From positions 30,563 to 94,562 of the forward strand of contig CAYMJU010000032.1 of assembly GCA_964390555.1 (NCBI GenBank): a stretch of 64,000 bases of DNA, written 5' to 3'. This document shows positions 1-9,664 of the stretch, piece after piece. Every line of letters starts with the position of its first letter. The stretch's first letter is position 1. Under the pieces are notes generated by a model, which was not told the origin of the DNA, ran no database searches, and saw nothing but the letters and a program-made list of their open reading frames with translations. The translations under genes were made by a program, and so were the position numbers. The stretch is from an uncultured Acidimicrobiales bacterium (GTDB taxonomy: Bacteria; Actinomycetota; Acidimicrobiia; Acidimicrobiales; SHLQ01).

Positions 1-257
1 TCGCTCAGCTCGTCGGGCACCGATTCCGGAGTGACACCGAGCGCGTTCAGCCGGTCGACGCCGATCGACTCGACGATGTCGGACGCCATGCACTGGGCGT
101 TCTCGGCGGGGATCGGCAAGTCGTCGGGCTCGTCGGGCGTGGCGATCTCGCCAGCGATCGCCGCTACCAGCTCGGCCGACGCGTCGCCGCCGTCACCCGC
201 GTCGTCACCGCAGGCGACCAGACCGGACAGGACTGCGATGGCGAGCACGATGCGCAT
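1..257 (-). CDS. putative lipoprotein, N-terminal part only (gene runs off the window start)
   Basis: Open-ended, so absent from the ORF track. Reverse-strand reading from ATG (255-257) gives MRIVLAIAVLSGLVACGDDAGDGGDAS..., a signal peptide plus lipobox L-V-A-C followed by an acidic region. Confidence 0.45.
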   Translation of the reverse strand, partial: MRIVLAIAVLSGLVACGDDAGDGGDASAELVAAIAGEIATPDEPDDLPIPAENAQCMASDIVESIGVDRLNALGVTPESVPDELS

Positions 258-566
258 GGCCGGCAGGCTACGCAAACCTTGGTGTCGAAAGTGCGGGGCA
301 CCGTCGGGACCGGTCAGGCTTATCGCTCACCGCGACGGGGCGCCGCCCGTCTGCAGCACCAGACCCTCGACATCGGTCCCCGTTGGGCCCTTGGGGAACA
401 CCAGCCACACCGGCCACGTCGTGGCGGCACGGCTCCACCGATCGAGCGAGCCCAGGGGGTACGGTCAGACATCCGGTCGATGGCCTCCGCGGGGTTTGAC
501 ACCGGGCCCTGGTAGTGTCGAACTCCTGTTCGTTCGCCCGTCCTTTCGTGAGGATCACAACGCTTC

Positions 567-2975
567 ATGCAACAAGAGCTGATCCCGTATGCCCGCGAGG
601 TCATCGACGTGCCCGTGGTCGACGAGCTGAGCGAGTCGTTCCTCGCCTACTCGCTATCGGTCATCACCTCACGGGCCATCCCCGACATCCGTGACGGCCT
701 CAAGCCGGTGCAGCGCCGGATCCTCTACTCGATGCTGCAGATGGGCCTGCGTCCCAACACACCCCATCGCAAGAGCGCGCGCGTGGTGGGCGACACCATG
801 GGCCGCTACCACCCCCACGGCGACTCGGCCATCTACGAGACGCTCGCGCGCATGGGCCAGGACTTCAGCCGCGCCATCACCCTCGTCGACCCGCAGGGCA
901 ACTTCGGCTCGCTCGACGACCCGCCGGCGGCGGCGCGCTACACCGAGTGCCGACTCACCGAGGCCGCCATGGAGCTGGTGCGCGAGCTCGACGAGGACAC
1001 CGTCGAGTTCCGCCCGACCTACGACGGCGACGGCGAGGAGCCCGTGTGCCTGCCGGCGTTGTTGCCGAACCTGCTCGTCAACGGCACCACCGGGATCGCG
1101 GTCGGCATGGCGACGAACATGCCCACGCACAACTTGGGCGAGGTCTACCGAGCGATCGAGTTGGTGCTCACCAAGCGCCGCCCGCGACCGACCATCGACG
1201 AGCTGCTCGCCGTCCTCCCGGGGCCCGACTTCCCCGGAGGCGGGATCATCATCGACGACGGGCTGGCCGAGGCCTACACGACCGGTCGCGGCTCGATCCG
1301 TATCCGGGCCCGGGCCGAGGTCGTCCATCTCGCACGCGGCCGCCAGGGGATCGTCATCACCGAATTGCCGTTTCAGGTCGGGCCCGAGCGGGTGATCGTC
1401 AAGATCAAAGAGCTCGTCGCCGACGGCCGGCTGCCCGGTGTGGCCGAGTTCCTCAACCTGTCCGACAAGTTGGGGCTACGGATCCAGGTCGAGTGCAAAC
1501 CGGGTGTCAATCCCCAGGCCCTGCTCGCCGAGCTCTACCGACTGACCCCGCTCGAAGAGACCTTCGGCATCAACAACGTCGTGCTCGTCGGCGGCGTGCC
1601 CACCACCGTCGGGCTCTACGAGCTGTGCCAGCACTACATCGACCACCGGCTCGAAGTGATCGTCCGGCGCAGCACCCACCGCCGGACCCGCGCCGAGTCG
1701 CGGCTCCACATCGTCGAGGGCCTGCTGATCGCCCTCGATGCCATCGACGAGGTGGTCGCGATCATCCGTTCCTCCCAGGACACCGGCCAGGCCCGGTCAC
1801 GCCTGATCGAACGGTTCGGCCTCTCCGAGATCCAGGCCACGCACATCCTCGACATGCCGTTGCGGCGGCTCACCGCGCTGGCGAAGCTCGAGCTCGACGA
1901 GGAGCGGGGCGAGTTGCAGCGGGCCATCGACGATTTCACCGCCCTGCTCGGGTCCGAGAACCGGCAGCGCAAGCTCGTCAGCACCGAGCTCAGCGAGCTC
2001 GTCACCAAGTACGGGCGACCGCGGCGCAGCCGTATCGTGGCCGCCGACGACGTGCTCGAGCTCGCCGGGCCGGTGCTCGCCCCCGCAGTCGAGGCGCCGC
2101 GGACCGACGAGGCGTGCGTGGTCACCCTGTCGGCGTCGGGCCAGGTGGGTCGGGTCCCCCTCGAAGGTTCCAAGCGCTCCGCCCCCGGCCGCCACGACCT
2201 GCTCGTCACATCGATCGTCACGTCGACCGGCAGCGAGTTGGCGGCTCTCACCACCGACGCCCGTGTGCTGCGGGCGACCGTCGGCGAGCTGGCCGAGGGC
2301 GACGGCCGCAGCCGGGGGTCAGTCGCGGCCCAGGTGTTCGGCACGACCAAGGGCGAATCGGTGCTCGCCGTCGTCGCCGACGGCTCCGAACCGATCGTGC
2401 TCGTCACCGCGGGCGGCATCGTCAAGCGCGTCACCGCGACCGAGGTCGCCGGGACCCGCTCCGGGCGTACCATCGCCGCGCGGCGCGACGGAGATCGTCT
2501 GGTCGCGGCCTTCGCCTGCCCCGAAGGGATCGACGTGATCCTGGTGTCGAGCGACGGTCAGGCGTTGCGCACCCCCTCCGATGGCATATCGGTCCAGGGT
2601 CGAAGCGCCGGCGGCGTCGCCGGCATGAGCCTGCGCGAAGGCGCTTCGGTCGTCGGCGCCGGGCCGGCGCTCGGTGACCCGATGGTCATCGCCATCGGCA
2701 GCCGAGGTACCGCCAAAGTGACCGAGGCGGCCGAGATCCCCGCCAAGGGCCGCGGCGCGCAAGGGGTGCGGCTCGCGCGCTTCGGCGACGGCGAGCGGGT
2801 CACCATGGCGTACGTCGGCGGTGCTGGTGGTCTGTGGGCGCTGATGGGCACCGATGACGACCCAACCAAGCCCGATCCCACGCCGGTGCCGTTCATGATG
2901 GCGGCCACGAAGCGGGATCTGGTTGCGGTGGCGACCGAACGCCAGGTCCTCGCCCTCGGCCCCGGGCGGTGGTGA
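567..2975 (+). CDS. parC: type IIA DNA topoisomerase subunit A, ParC-like (topoisomerase IV / second gyrase-like enzyme)
   Basis: 802 aa. N-terminus has [18 protein letters not shown] and [15 protein letters not shown]; the catalytic Tyr context is [11 protein letters not shown] could not find a GyrA-box (QRRGGKG) in the C-terminal domain, which favours ParC over GyrA. Confidence 0.85.
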   Translation: MQQELIPYAREVIDVPVVDELSESFLAYSLSVITSRAIPDIRDGLKPVQRRILYSMLQMGLRPNTPHRKSARVVGDTMGRYHPHGDSAIYETLARMGQDFSRAITLVDPQGNFGSLDDPPAAARYTECRLTEAAMELVRELDEDTVEFRPTYDGDGEEPVCLPALLPNLLVNGTTGIAVGMATNMPTHNLGEVYRAIELVLTKRRPRPTIDELLAVLPGPDFPGGGIIIDDGLAEAYTTGRGSIRIRARAEVVHLARGRQGIVITELPFQVGPERVIVKIKELVADGRLPGVAEFLNLSDKLGLRIQVECKPGVNPQALLAELYRLTPLEETFGINNVVLVGGVPTTVGLYELCQHYIDHRLEVIVRRSTHRRTRAESRLHIVEGLLIALDAIDEVVAIIRSSQDTGQARSRLIERFGLSEIQATHILDMPLRRLTALAKLELDEERGELQRAIDDFTALLGSENRQRKLVSTELSELVTKYGRPRRSRIVAADDVLELAGPVLAPAVEAPRTDEACVVTLSASGQVGRVPLEGSKRSAPGRHDLLVTSIVTSTGSELAALTTDARVLRATVGELAEGDGRSRGSVAAQVFGTTKGESVLAVVADGSEPIVLVTAGGIVKRVTATEVAGTRSGRTIAARRDGDRLVAAFACPEGIDVILVSSDGQALRTPSDGISVQGRSAGGVAGMSLREGASVVGAGPALGDPMVIAIGSRGTAKVTEAAEIPAKGRGAQGVRLARFGDGERVTMAYVGGAGGLWALMGTDDDPTKPDPTPVPFMMAATKRDLVAVATERQVLALGPGRW

Positions 2976-5035
2976 GCGTGGCTACCAAGGCGCCATCGGG
3001 CGAGTACGGCGCCGACGCCATCCAGACCCTCGAAGGGCTCGAAGCGGTCCGCAAACGACCCGGCATGTACATCGGCGGCACCGGGTCGGCGGGCCTCATC
3101 CACCTCGTGTGGGAGATCATCGACAATGCCGTCGACGAGGCCTCGTCCGGTTTCTGCAACCGCATCGACGTGACGCTGCACCGCGACCGCTCGGTCGAAG
3201 TGTGCGACAACGGTCGCGGCATCCCCGTCGGCCTACACCCCAAGCACAAGGTCTCCGCGCTCGAGGTCGTGTTCACCGAGCTGCACGCCGGCGGCAAGTT
3301 CGGCGGCGGGGCCTACGGCGCGTCGGGCGGCCTGCACGGCGTCGGCGCTTCGGTCGTCAACGCCTTGTCGGCCCGGCTCGTCGCCGACGTCGACCGCGAC
3401 GGCCACACCCACCGGCTGGCGTTCAAGGACCGCCGCGCCGGCCGCGTCACCGACGGTCGCTTCAAGGCGACGCACGAGGTCGAGAAGGTCAAGCGCATCT
3501 CGCCCACCAAGACCGGCACCCGCGTGCGGTTCTGGCCCGACTGGGACATTTTCGATCCCGAGGCACGGATCGACTTCGACGAGATCTGCCAGCGCGCCAC
3601 CCGGTCGTGTTTCCTCGTCCCCGGGCTGCGCATCAAGGTTCAGGACAAGCGGGGCGACACCGACGGTGAGCCGTTCGAGTTCGTCTCCCGCGGCGGCCTG
3701 GCCGACCTCGTCGATCATCTGTCGATCGGCGAGCCCGTGACTCAGGTGATCCGGCTGAGCGGCGTCGAGACGTTCGAGGAGAAGGTTCCCGTCGATGGGA
3801 AGATGACCCTCGTCGAGCGCGAGTGCGCCGTCGACGTCGCCCTACGTTGGGTCAAGGGGTACGACTCGGCGGTGGTGTCGTTCGTGAACACCATCCCGAC
3901 CGGCGAGGGCGGCACCCACCTCGCCGGTTTCGACCGGGCGCTGCTTCGTTCCGTCAGCGACGTGTTGCTCAAGGACACCCGCAAGCTGGCCAAGCTCGCC
4001 AAGGAGCAAAAGGGCCGCGCGACGCGCGAGGACGTCAACGAGGGCCTCGTCGCCGCAGTGAAGGTCACGTTGCCCGAGCCACAGTTCCGGGGCCAGACCA
4101 AGCAGGAACTGGGCACCCCGGCGGTCGAGTCGATCGTGTACCGCATCCTCAAGGATGGCTTGACCGAGTGGATCAACCCGGGTGCCGGCGGCGGCCCGCG
4201 CAGCCACGTGAACGCCGTGCGCGACAAGATCGCGAACGCGATCATCAACCGGGTCGCCAGCAAGCAGGTGCTCGAGAACAAGCGCAAGATGGCCAAGCTC
4301 GGTTCGAGCGGCATGCCCGACAAGCTGGCCGACTGCCGGGTCCATGGGCCCAACGCCGAGCTGATCCTCGTCGAAGGCGACTCCGCCGCCGGCCCGGCCA
4401 AGCAGGGTCGAAACGCCGAGTTCATGGCCATCTTGCCGCTGCGGGGCAAGATCGTGAACGCCGGCAAGGCCAGCACCAAGCAGGTGCTCGACAACGTCGA
4501 GGCCCAGGCGCTGTTCACCGCCATGGGCGGCGGCTCGGGCAAGGACTTCAGCCTGTCCGACTGCCGCTACGGCCGGGTGATCATCTTGTGTGACGCCGAC
4601 GTCGACGGCAGCCACATCCGCTGCCTGCTGCTCACGCTCATGTACCACTACATGCGCCCGCTGCTCACCGCTGGCCGGGTGTTCGCCGCTATGCCACCGC
4701 TGTACACCACTCGCGTAGGCGACGACGTGTACCGGGCCTACTCCGACGCCGAGCGCGACCGCGTGACCGACGACCTGTGCAAGGGCAACCGCAAGCGCGA
4801 GAACATCCGCTGGAACCGATTCAAGGGCCTCGGCGAGATGAACGTCGACGAGCTGGCCCACTGCGCCCTCGACCCGGCCACCCGCACTCTCAAGCGCCTC
4901 ACCATCGAAGACGCCAAACAGGCGACCAGTGCCGCCGAGATGTTCGAGGTGCTGATGGGCAACGACGTCCCGGCCCGGCGCGACTTCCTCGTGCGCAACA
5001 GCGCCCTGTTCGACACCGCCACCCTCGACATCTAG
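2969..5035 (+). CDS. parE: type IIA DNA topoisomerase subunit B, ParE/GyrB family
   Basis: 688 aa. Has [16 protein letters not shown], a GHKL ATPase region ([13 protein letters not shown]), a Toprim region ([24 protein letters not shown]) and a C-terminal KGLGEMN. The start overlaps the parC stop (GTGGTGA at 2969-2975). Confidence 0.9.
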   Translation: MVSVATKAPSGEYGADAIQTLEGLEAVRKRPGMYIGGTGSAGLIHLVWEIIDNAVDEASSGFCNRIDVTLHRDRSVEVCDNGRGIPVGLHPKHKVSALEVVFTELHAGGKFGGGAYGASGGLHGVGASVVNALSARLVADVDRDGHTHRLAFKDRRAGRVTDGRFKATHEVEKVKRISPTKTGTRVRFWPDWDIFDPEARIDFDEICQRATRSCFLVPGLRIKVQDKRGDTDGEPFEFVSRGGLADLVDHLSIGEPVTQVIRLSGVETFEEKVPVDGKMTLVERECAVDVALRWVKGYDSAVVSFVNTIPTGEGGTHLAGFDRALLRSVSDVLLKDTRKLAKLAKEQKGRATREDVNEGLVAAVKVTLPEPQFRGQTKQELGTPAVESIVYRILKDGLTEWINPGAGGGPRSHVNAVRDKIANAIINRVASKQVLENKRKMAKLGSSGMPDKLADCRVHGPNAELILVEGDSAAGPAKQGRNAEFMAILPLRGKIVNAGKASTKQVLDNVEAQALFTAMGGGSGKDFSLSDCRYGRVIILCDADVDGSHIRCLLLTLMYHYMRPLLTAGRVFAAMPPLYTTRVGDDVYRAYSDAERDRVTDDLCKGNRKRENIRWNRFKGLGEMNVDELAHCALDPATRTLKRLTIEDAKQATSAAEMFEVLMGNDVPARRDFLVRNSALFDTATLDI

Positions 5036-5042
5036 ATCACCC

Positions 5043-5079
5043 CACCCGGGTGAACGACCGAGGCAGCGACACCCGGGTG
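5043..5079 (+). terminator. two copies of the perfect 10-bp palindrome CACCCGGGTG, 17 bp apart, just after the parE stop
   Basis: CACCCGGGTG at 5043-5052 and 5070-5079. They can form one 10-bp stem with a 17-nt loop, or two operator-like sites. There is no U-tract. Confidence 0.3.
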
Positions 5080-5234
5080 CGATCCCACAACGGCCAGCGC
5101 CTACACCGGGCTCAGCGAAGCAGCCCCGCCATCGAGAAGCCGGAGCCAATCGCGTTGGTCGTAACCGGTGGCCATCACCCCGACGTGCATCAGACCTTCT
5201 TCGTCCGCGCGTCCGTGACTGACCGTAGCAAGCA

Positions 5235-6128
5235 ATGTCACAGTCCTCGTGTAGAACTACAGCTGTGGAACTCGACGACGAGCGCGACGAGGCGGGGGTC
5301 GACCCGGCGCCGGGCCCGCGATATCTCAGCCCGTCGTCGGCTGACACGTACAACCAGTGCGCCCGGCGGTGGAAGTTCCGCTACGTCGACGGGCTCCCCG
5401 ATCCGCCCGGAGTGGCGGCGTTGGCGGGCACGTTCGCCCACCGCGTGCTCGAGTCGCTCATGCAACTCGATCCCGCCGAACGGACTCTCGACCGGGCTCG
5501 CTCTCTCGCCCGGGAATGCTGGCCCGAGACCGAGGGCCACGCCGACTTCCTAGCGCTCGGCCTCGGCGACGACGAGCGGCGGGCGTTCCGCTGGCGCGGC
5601 TGGTCGGCGATCGAGGGTCTGTGGACACTCGAGGATCCCCAGAAGGTGGTGGTCGAGGCCACCGAGCACCAGGTGCTCACGACGGTGGCCGGCGTGCCGT
5701 TCCGCGGCATCGTCGACCGTCTCGATCGCGACCGCGGCTCGCTGGTCGTTAGCGACTACAAGTCCGGCCGGGCGCCGAGCCCCCGGTTCGCCGACAAGCG
5801 GCTGACCCAGGTGATGCTCTACGCCGCTGCCGTCGAGTCGACGTTCGGCGAGCGACCCGAACGCGTCCGATTGCTCTACCTGGGCCAAAAGACGATCGAG
5901 CGTGCCGTCGATTCCGACGCCATCGACCGGATCGGCGAGGGGCTCAACGACACCTGGAATCGTCTCGGCGCCGACATGGCGACAGGGTCATACGAGCCCA
6001 CGCCGGGCCCATTGTGCGGATGGTGCCCGTACGCGGCTATGTGTCCCGAGGGCCTGGCCGAGGTTCAGCGACGCAACGACCAGGGCCTACTCGACCCTGC
6101 CGCGCCTGCGGCGACCCTCGTCGCCTGA
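5235..6128 (+). CDS. PD-(D/E)XK nuclease, RecB-family exonuclease with Cas4-like 4-Cys cluster
   Basis: 297 aa. Nuclease motifs are IVDRLD...VVSDYKSGR (D...D-x-K) and QVMLYAAAV (QxxxY). One N-terminal Cys (YNQCARRW) plus the C-terminal CGWCPYAAMC form the Cas4/AddB-type Fe-S ligand pattern. Confidence 0.8.
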   Translation: MSQSSCRTTAVELDDERDEAGVDPAPGPRYLSPSSADTYNQCARRWKFRYVDGLPDPPGVAALAGTFAHRVLESLMQLDPAERTLDRARSLARECWPETEGHADFLALGLGDDERRAFRWRGWSAIEGLWTLEDPQKVVVEATEHQVLTTVAGVPFRGIVDRLDRDRGSLVVSDYKSGRAPSPRFADKRLTQVMLYAAAVESTFGERPERVRLLYLGQKTIERAVDSDAIDRIGEGLNDTWNRLGADMATGSYEPTPGPLCGWCPYAAMCPEGLAEVQRRNDQGLLDPAAPAATLVA

Positions 6129-6160
6129 ACCTTGGTCGCCTGAGACTTGGTGCATGACGG

Positions 6161-6310
6161 TCAGCGCCGGCGTCGGCGCAGCCACACCACCAGGCTCGCG
6201 ATGGCCAGCACACCGCCGAGAACGCCGAGCTTGCGCAGGTCGCCCGATGTCGCGGGGTCCGGCACCACCGACCACGGCGGCGCATCTCTCGAGTCGTCGT
6301 CAGTACCCAC
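6161..6310 (-). CDS. possible small membrane protein (49 aa)
   Basis: GTG-initiated ORF below the track's size cut-off: VGTDDDSRDAPPWSVVPDPATSGDLRKLGVLGGVLAIASLVVWLRRRRR. It has one hydrophobic helix followed by a poly-Arg stop-transfer tail. The SD is weak and no homology argument is possible. Confidence 0.25.
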   Translation of the reverse strand: MGTDDDSRDAPPWSVVPDPATSGDLRKLGVLGGVLAIASLVVWLRRRRR

Positions 6311-6396
6311 TCGGCCCCGACACTAGCCGCCGACAGACCGGCAAAACGGGCCCATCGCCTCAGGGACCGAAAGGGGTCGACGTCTACTCTTGAGTC

Positions 6397-7203
6397 GTGA
6401 ACCTACCGACGCGCTCCGGTAAAGGACGAGGGCTGGCCGCCCTGATCCCGTCGGCCGAGAACATCGAGCGGCGCCACTTCACAGGCCCGGAGAGGCTGCT
6501 CGATCAATTGGTGAACGCGGGATTCGACGTGCTGCAGGACGGCACGAACCTGGCCCTGTGCGCCTACCTCCACGCGCCCGCGACCGGCGAGCCCATGTTG
6601 TTCCTGCGAACTCCCGCTTTCGACACACTCACGCCGAGTCGAGCGTTCCGCCTCATGCATCGGCTGGCCACCCTGACCAACCTCGACGCCGCCGAGGGGG
6701 CCTTCGAGTGGGAGCACCTGAACGCCCGCTATGTCCGCACCCATGGCCCGGCCTCTGACGGCATGCACATGGTCGCCCGCGCCCGTGGACGGTTCGATCA
6801 CGGCTCGCTGTCGATCGTTCACGAGATATGTCGGGCCTTCGGCGCGGTGGCCCACCAGATCCAGTCCGGGGAACGATCTGACGACCCGATCATCAGGCTG
6901 GTCGTGTCGACGGTGGGTGATCGAGTGACCGTCGAGGCGGTCATCGCCGACGGTGCGGTGAGCCACATCGGTCGCGGTGGCGGCCATGACAGCTTGCTCG
7001 CGGTGAGCCGGGCGGTGCTCGATGCCGTTGGCGACGGTTACCGATTCATAGACGTCCGCGAGCTTCTTATCGACCACCTCCGCGCCGTGCTGTCCATCGT
7101 GGCCGACCCAACCGGTTCGGTGCGCCTGGGTATGGCGACGGCTATCACCAATGTGAACCACGCCGCGGCCCTCGCCACCTTCCGGGCGATCACCTCCTCC
7201 TAG
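6397..7203 (+). CDS. hypothetical protein with ParB-type N-terminal peptide (GKGRGLAALIPS)
   Basis: 268 aa with a GTG start. Residues 8-19 closely match the conserved actinobacterial ParB N-terminal motif GLGRGLAALIP. I could not recognise a ParB/Srx or HTH domain in the rest. Confidence 0.6.
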   Translation: MNLPTRSGKGRGLAALIPSAENIERRHFTGPERLLDQLVNAGFDVLQDGTNLALCAYLHAPATGEPMLFLRTPAFDTLTPSRAFRLMHRLATLTNLDAAEGAFEWEHLNARYVRTHGPASDGMHMVARARGRFDHGSLSIVHEICRAFGAVAHQIQSGERSDDPIIRLVVSTVGDRVTVEAVIADGAVSHIGRGGGHDSLLAVSRAVLDAVGDGYRFIDVRELLIDHLRAVLSIVADPTGSVRLGMATAITNVNHAAALATFRAITSS

Positions 7204-7204
7204 C

Positions 7205-7400
7205 CGTCGCTGAGGGCTACGCGCCCCCAGACCCCATCGGCACCCTGGGAGCTGCGCTCCCACGGCTGCACACGCTCGCTCCGCTACGCGCGCAGTCGTC
7301 GCTGGGGGCTAGGCGCCCCCAGACCCCATCGGCACCCTGGGAGCTGCGCTCCCTCGGCTGCACTCGCTCGCTCCGCTTCGCGCGCAGTCGTCGCTGGGGG
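7205..7400. repeat. tandem 92-bp intergenic repeat (2 full units plus a partial leading unit), REP/MITE-like
   Basis: Units at 7221-7308 and 7313-7400 are near-identical. Each begins with CCCCCAG, ends with CTGGGGG (inverted termini) and contains the hairpin GGGAGC-TGC-GCTCCC. The array fills the convergent gap between the 7203 stop and the 7401 stop exactly. Confidence 0.9.
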
Positions 7401-8711
7401 TCACGCGTCGAAACTCCCGCCCCATGCTCGGGCGAGCGCTCGGGGCAGTAGCCATACTCCCAGTTCGGTGAGCTGAAGCCGGTCGTCCACGACGCCGGTC
7501 TCGACCCAGGCCGCGGTCGCGCACTCGAAGGCCGCGGCGACCCGAGGCGCGTCGCGCTTTGAAATCGTGGTCGTCACCTCGTCGCAGCGATTGATGGCCC
7601 GAACCAGATCGTCGCCACCAGCCGCGGCTCCGACGCCGGCTCGGACCAACTCGATCGCCGCGCCCAACCAGTCGGCCCACTCCAGCGAGGCGATCAGCTC
7701 GCGATCGGCCGGCGGGTGACCGGAGAGGTCGGCCGGCGCCACGTAGGCCCCGGCCAGGGTCTCGACGAGGTCCGCTCCAGGAACGCCGCTCGACCCACCC
7801 GCCACCCGCAGTAGCGCGACCACCGCCGGCTCCCCGTGAGCGAGTCGCGCCGCCAGTAGAGGAGCTACCGCGCCGAGCGCCTCGGGTGCCGGTCGGTTGC
7901 GCTGCCCCCGCAGCGCCGCGACCAGCACCTCTCGTGCCGCGGCGTCGGCTTCGGCGTCGCGGCCCGACGAGACAACCCACCCGGCGTCGACCGGTGCCGG
8001 GTGAACGAGGGACTGCTCGGCGCCGAATCGCGCCGATACCAAGAAGTGATTCAGCACCACGCCGTCGGTCATCGCCGCCGGCGGACGCTCCAGTGCCGCG
8101 CGGACACACGCCGCGGCGGCGTCGATGGTCAGCTCGACGACGGTGAGCCCGCGCCGTTCATCGGCGTCGGCCTCGGCAAGATCGCCCACCAGCCCCGGCG
8201 GACCGACGTGGAGGTCGAGCAACCGATCGTCGTCGTCGAGCTCGACGAGAACGCTGTGGTCGGCCCGGTCACCAGAACCGAACTCGACGACGATCGTGCG
8301 CGAACCGCCGGGACCCAGCCCGTCCCGAACGATGACCCACGAACTCCGAGCGACCGAACGTCCCAACTCGGCCGCCCACAAGGGCCCGTTCACTCCATGG
8401 TTGCGCAGGGCTCCTGCGGCCTGTGACGCGGCCCGGCTGAGCGCCGCGTCCGGGTAGTTGGCCGCCACCAGCGCGACCGCGAGGGCCGCGGCCGTGGGGA
8501 CCGACGCCAGCTCCGCGAGTAGCTCGCAGCCAAGTTCGTCGGCCTCGAGATCGGCGTCGAGCGCCGAGTCACGCAGCTCGCCGAACAAGCCCGAGATCCA
8601 CGCCTCGGCCCGCGGAGCGTCGGTCAGGTCGTCGAGCTCGTCGAGGCGTTCGATCAGCTCGACCAACCAGTCGGCTCGCGGGGCGGGGCACACGAGTGCG
8701 AAGGATGGCAC
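7401..8711 (-). CDS. hypothetical protein (acidic, Ala/Leu-rich, 436 aa)
   Basis: Long ORF with coding-like composition (MPSFALVCPAPRADWLVELIERLDELDD...). I recognise no motif. Confidence 0.6.
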   Translation of the reverse strand: MPSFALVCPAPRADWLVELIERLDELDDLTDAPRAEAWISGLFGELRDSALDADLEADELGCELLAELASVPTAAALAVALVAANYPDAALSRAASQAAGALRNHGVNGPLWAAELGRSVARSSWVIVRDGLGPGGSRTIVVEFGSGDRADHSVLVELDDDDRLLDLHVGPPGLVGDLAEADADERRGLTVVELTIDAAAACVRAALERPPAAMTDGVVLNHFLVSARFGAEQSLVHPAPVDAGWVVSSGRDAEADAAAREVLVAALRGQRNRPAPEALGAVAPLLAARLAHGEPAVVALLRVAGGSSGVPGADLVETLAGAYVAPADLSGHPPADRELIASLEWADWLGAAIELVRAGVGAAAGGDDLVRAINRCDEVTTTISKRDAPRVAAAFECATAAWVETGVVDDRLQLTELGVWLLPRALARAWGGSFDA

Positions 8712-8851
8712 GACGAAACGGTGGCGGGGTTCTCGGGCACGACGACTCGTGACTTTGTGACGCGTCTTCTGTGCCCGTAACCCGCCGATCGAGCGAGCAC
8801 CGGGGAGCCGAGTGGCGATGGGGGCGCAGACCGAGCAACTAGCGTGTCGCG

Positions 8852-9664
8852 GTGCCGGAGCTGCCCGAGGTCGAGACGGTACGGCGCCAGCTCGCCGACC
8901 GCCTCGCCGGAAGCTCGATCACCGAGGCCTGGGCGCACGCCTCCCCGAAGTTCGCGTCGGCCGCGGGGGCCGTAGGCGCGACGTTCACGGACTTGGGACG
9001 GCGCGGCAAATTCCTGCTCGCCGGCCTGAGCGGTCCCGACGCCGCCGACCGCGAGCTGGTCGTGCACCTGGGGATGACCGGCTCGCTGGCTATCCGACCG
9101 AGCCCGACGGACGATCCCTATGTCCGCTCACGGTGGTGGCTCGACTCGGGCGAGGTGCTCGAGTTCCGCGACGTGCGCCGTTTCGGCCGGACCGTGATCG
9201 TGCCGGCCGGCGACCATCGCTCCCTCCCGACGCTTCACTCGATGGGGCCAGAACCATGGGATCCGGTCCTCGACGGCGACGGGCTCTGGCGCCGTCTCGC
9301 CGGCTCGACCCGGCGGGTCAAGACGGCCCTTCTGAGCCAGGTCCCGATCGCCGGCGTCGGGAACATCTACGCCGACGAGGCGCTGTGGCGGGCACGGGTT
9401 CATCCGGCCGCCCGGCGGGTGTCACGGCCGAAGGCCGCGGCGCTGCTGGCCGAGATCCGGACCGTGCTCGCAGACGGGATCGCCGACGGCGGCACGACGC
9501 TTCGGGACTACCGCGACGCCTTCGACGGCGCCGGCACCCACCAGGATCGGTTGGTCTGCTACGGGCGGGCGGGCTCGCCGTGCTTGCGGTGTGGGACCAC
9601 GCTCGTCCGGCGGATCTACGACGCCCGGTCCACGACATTGTGCCCGAGGTGCCAACCCCGATGA
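8852..9664 (+). CDS. mutM: formamidopyrimidine-DNA glycosylase (Fpg/Nei family)
   Basis: Has the MPELPEVE catalytic N-terminus, an H2TH region and a C-terminal zinc finger CLRCGTTLVRRIYDARSTTLCPRCQ. Confidence 0.9.
   Translation: MPELPEVETVRRQLADRLAGSSITEAWAHASPKFASAAGAVGATFTDLGRRGKFLLAGLSGPDAADRELVVHLGMTGSLAIRPSPTDDPYVRSRWWLDSGEVLEFRDVRRFGRTVIVPAGDHRSLPTLHSMGPEPWDPVLDGDGLWRRLAGSTRRVKTALLSQVPIAGVGNIYADEALWRARVHPAARRVSRPKAAALLAEIRTVLADGIADGGTTLRDYRDAFDGAGTHQDRLVCYGRAGSPCLRCGTTLVRRIYDARSTTLCPRCQPR

Noticed and set aside
496-518. TTGACA ... TAGTGT promoter-like hexamers upstream of parC
   Set aside because: The spacing is only 11 nt rather than about 17, so it is not a credible sigma-70-type promoter as it stands.
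258-566. tRNA or tRNA-Sec (selC) in this and the other intergenic gaps
   Set aside because: I found no T-loop (GGTTCGAATCC-like) or cloverleaf-compatible segment by eye. The gaps examined were 258-566, 5036-5234, 6129-6396, 8712-8851, 38339-38494, 43373-43504, 54558-54670 and 60199-60289. selA, selB and selC must lie elsewhere, if present.
3842-5353. 503-aa reverse ORF over the parE 3' half
   Set aside because: It is antisense to the Toprim/C-terminal domain of ParE and has no motifs.
7205-7400. Possible CRISPR array
   Set aside because: The units are 88-92 bp and directly abutting, with a 4-bp joiner and no unique spacers. There are no cas genes nearby. The Cas4-like nuclease at 5235 is the common stand-alone RecB-family type.
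8812-9660. Upstream 283 codons of the 703-aa forward ORF 8812-10923
   Set aside because: It is an alternate frame of mutM (Arg/Pro-rich). The DUF445 homology starts only after the ATG cluster at 9661-9721.
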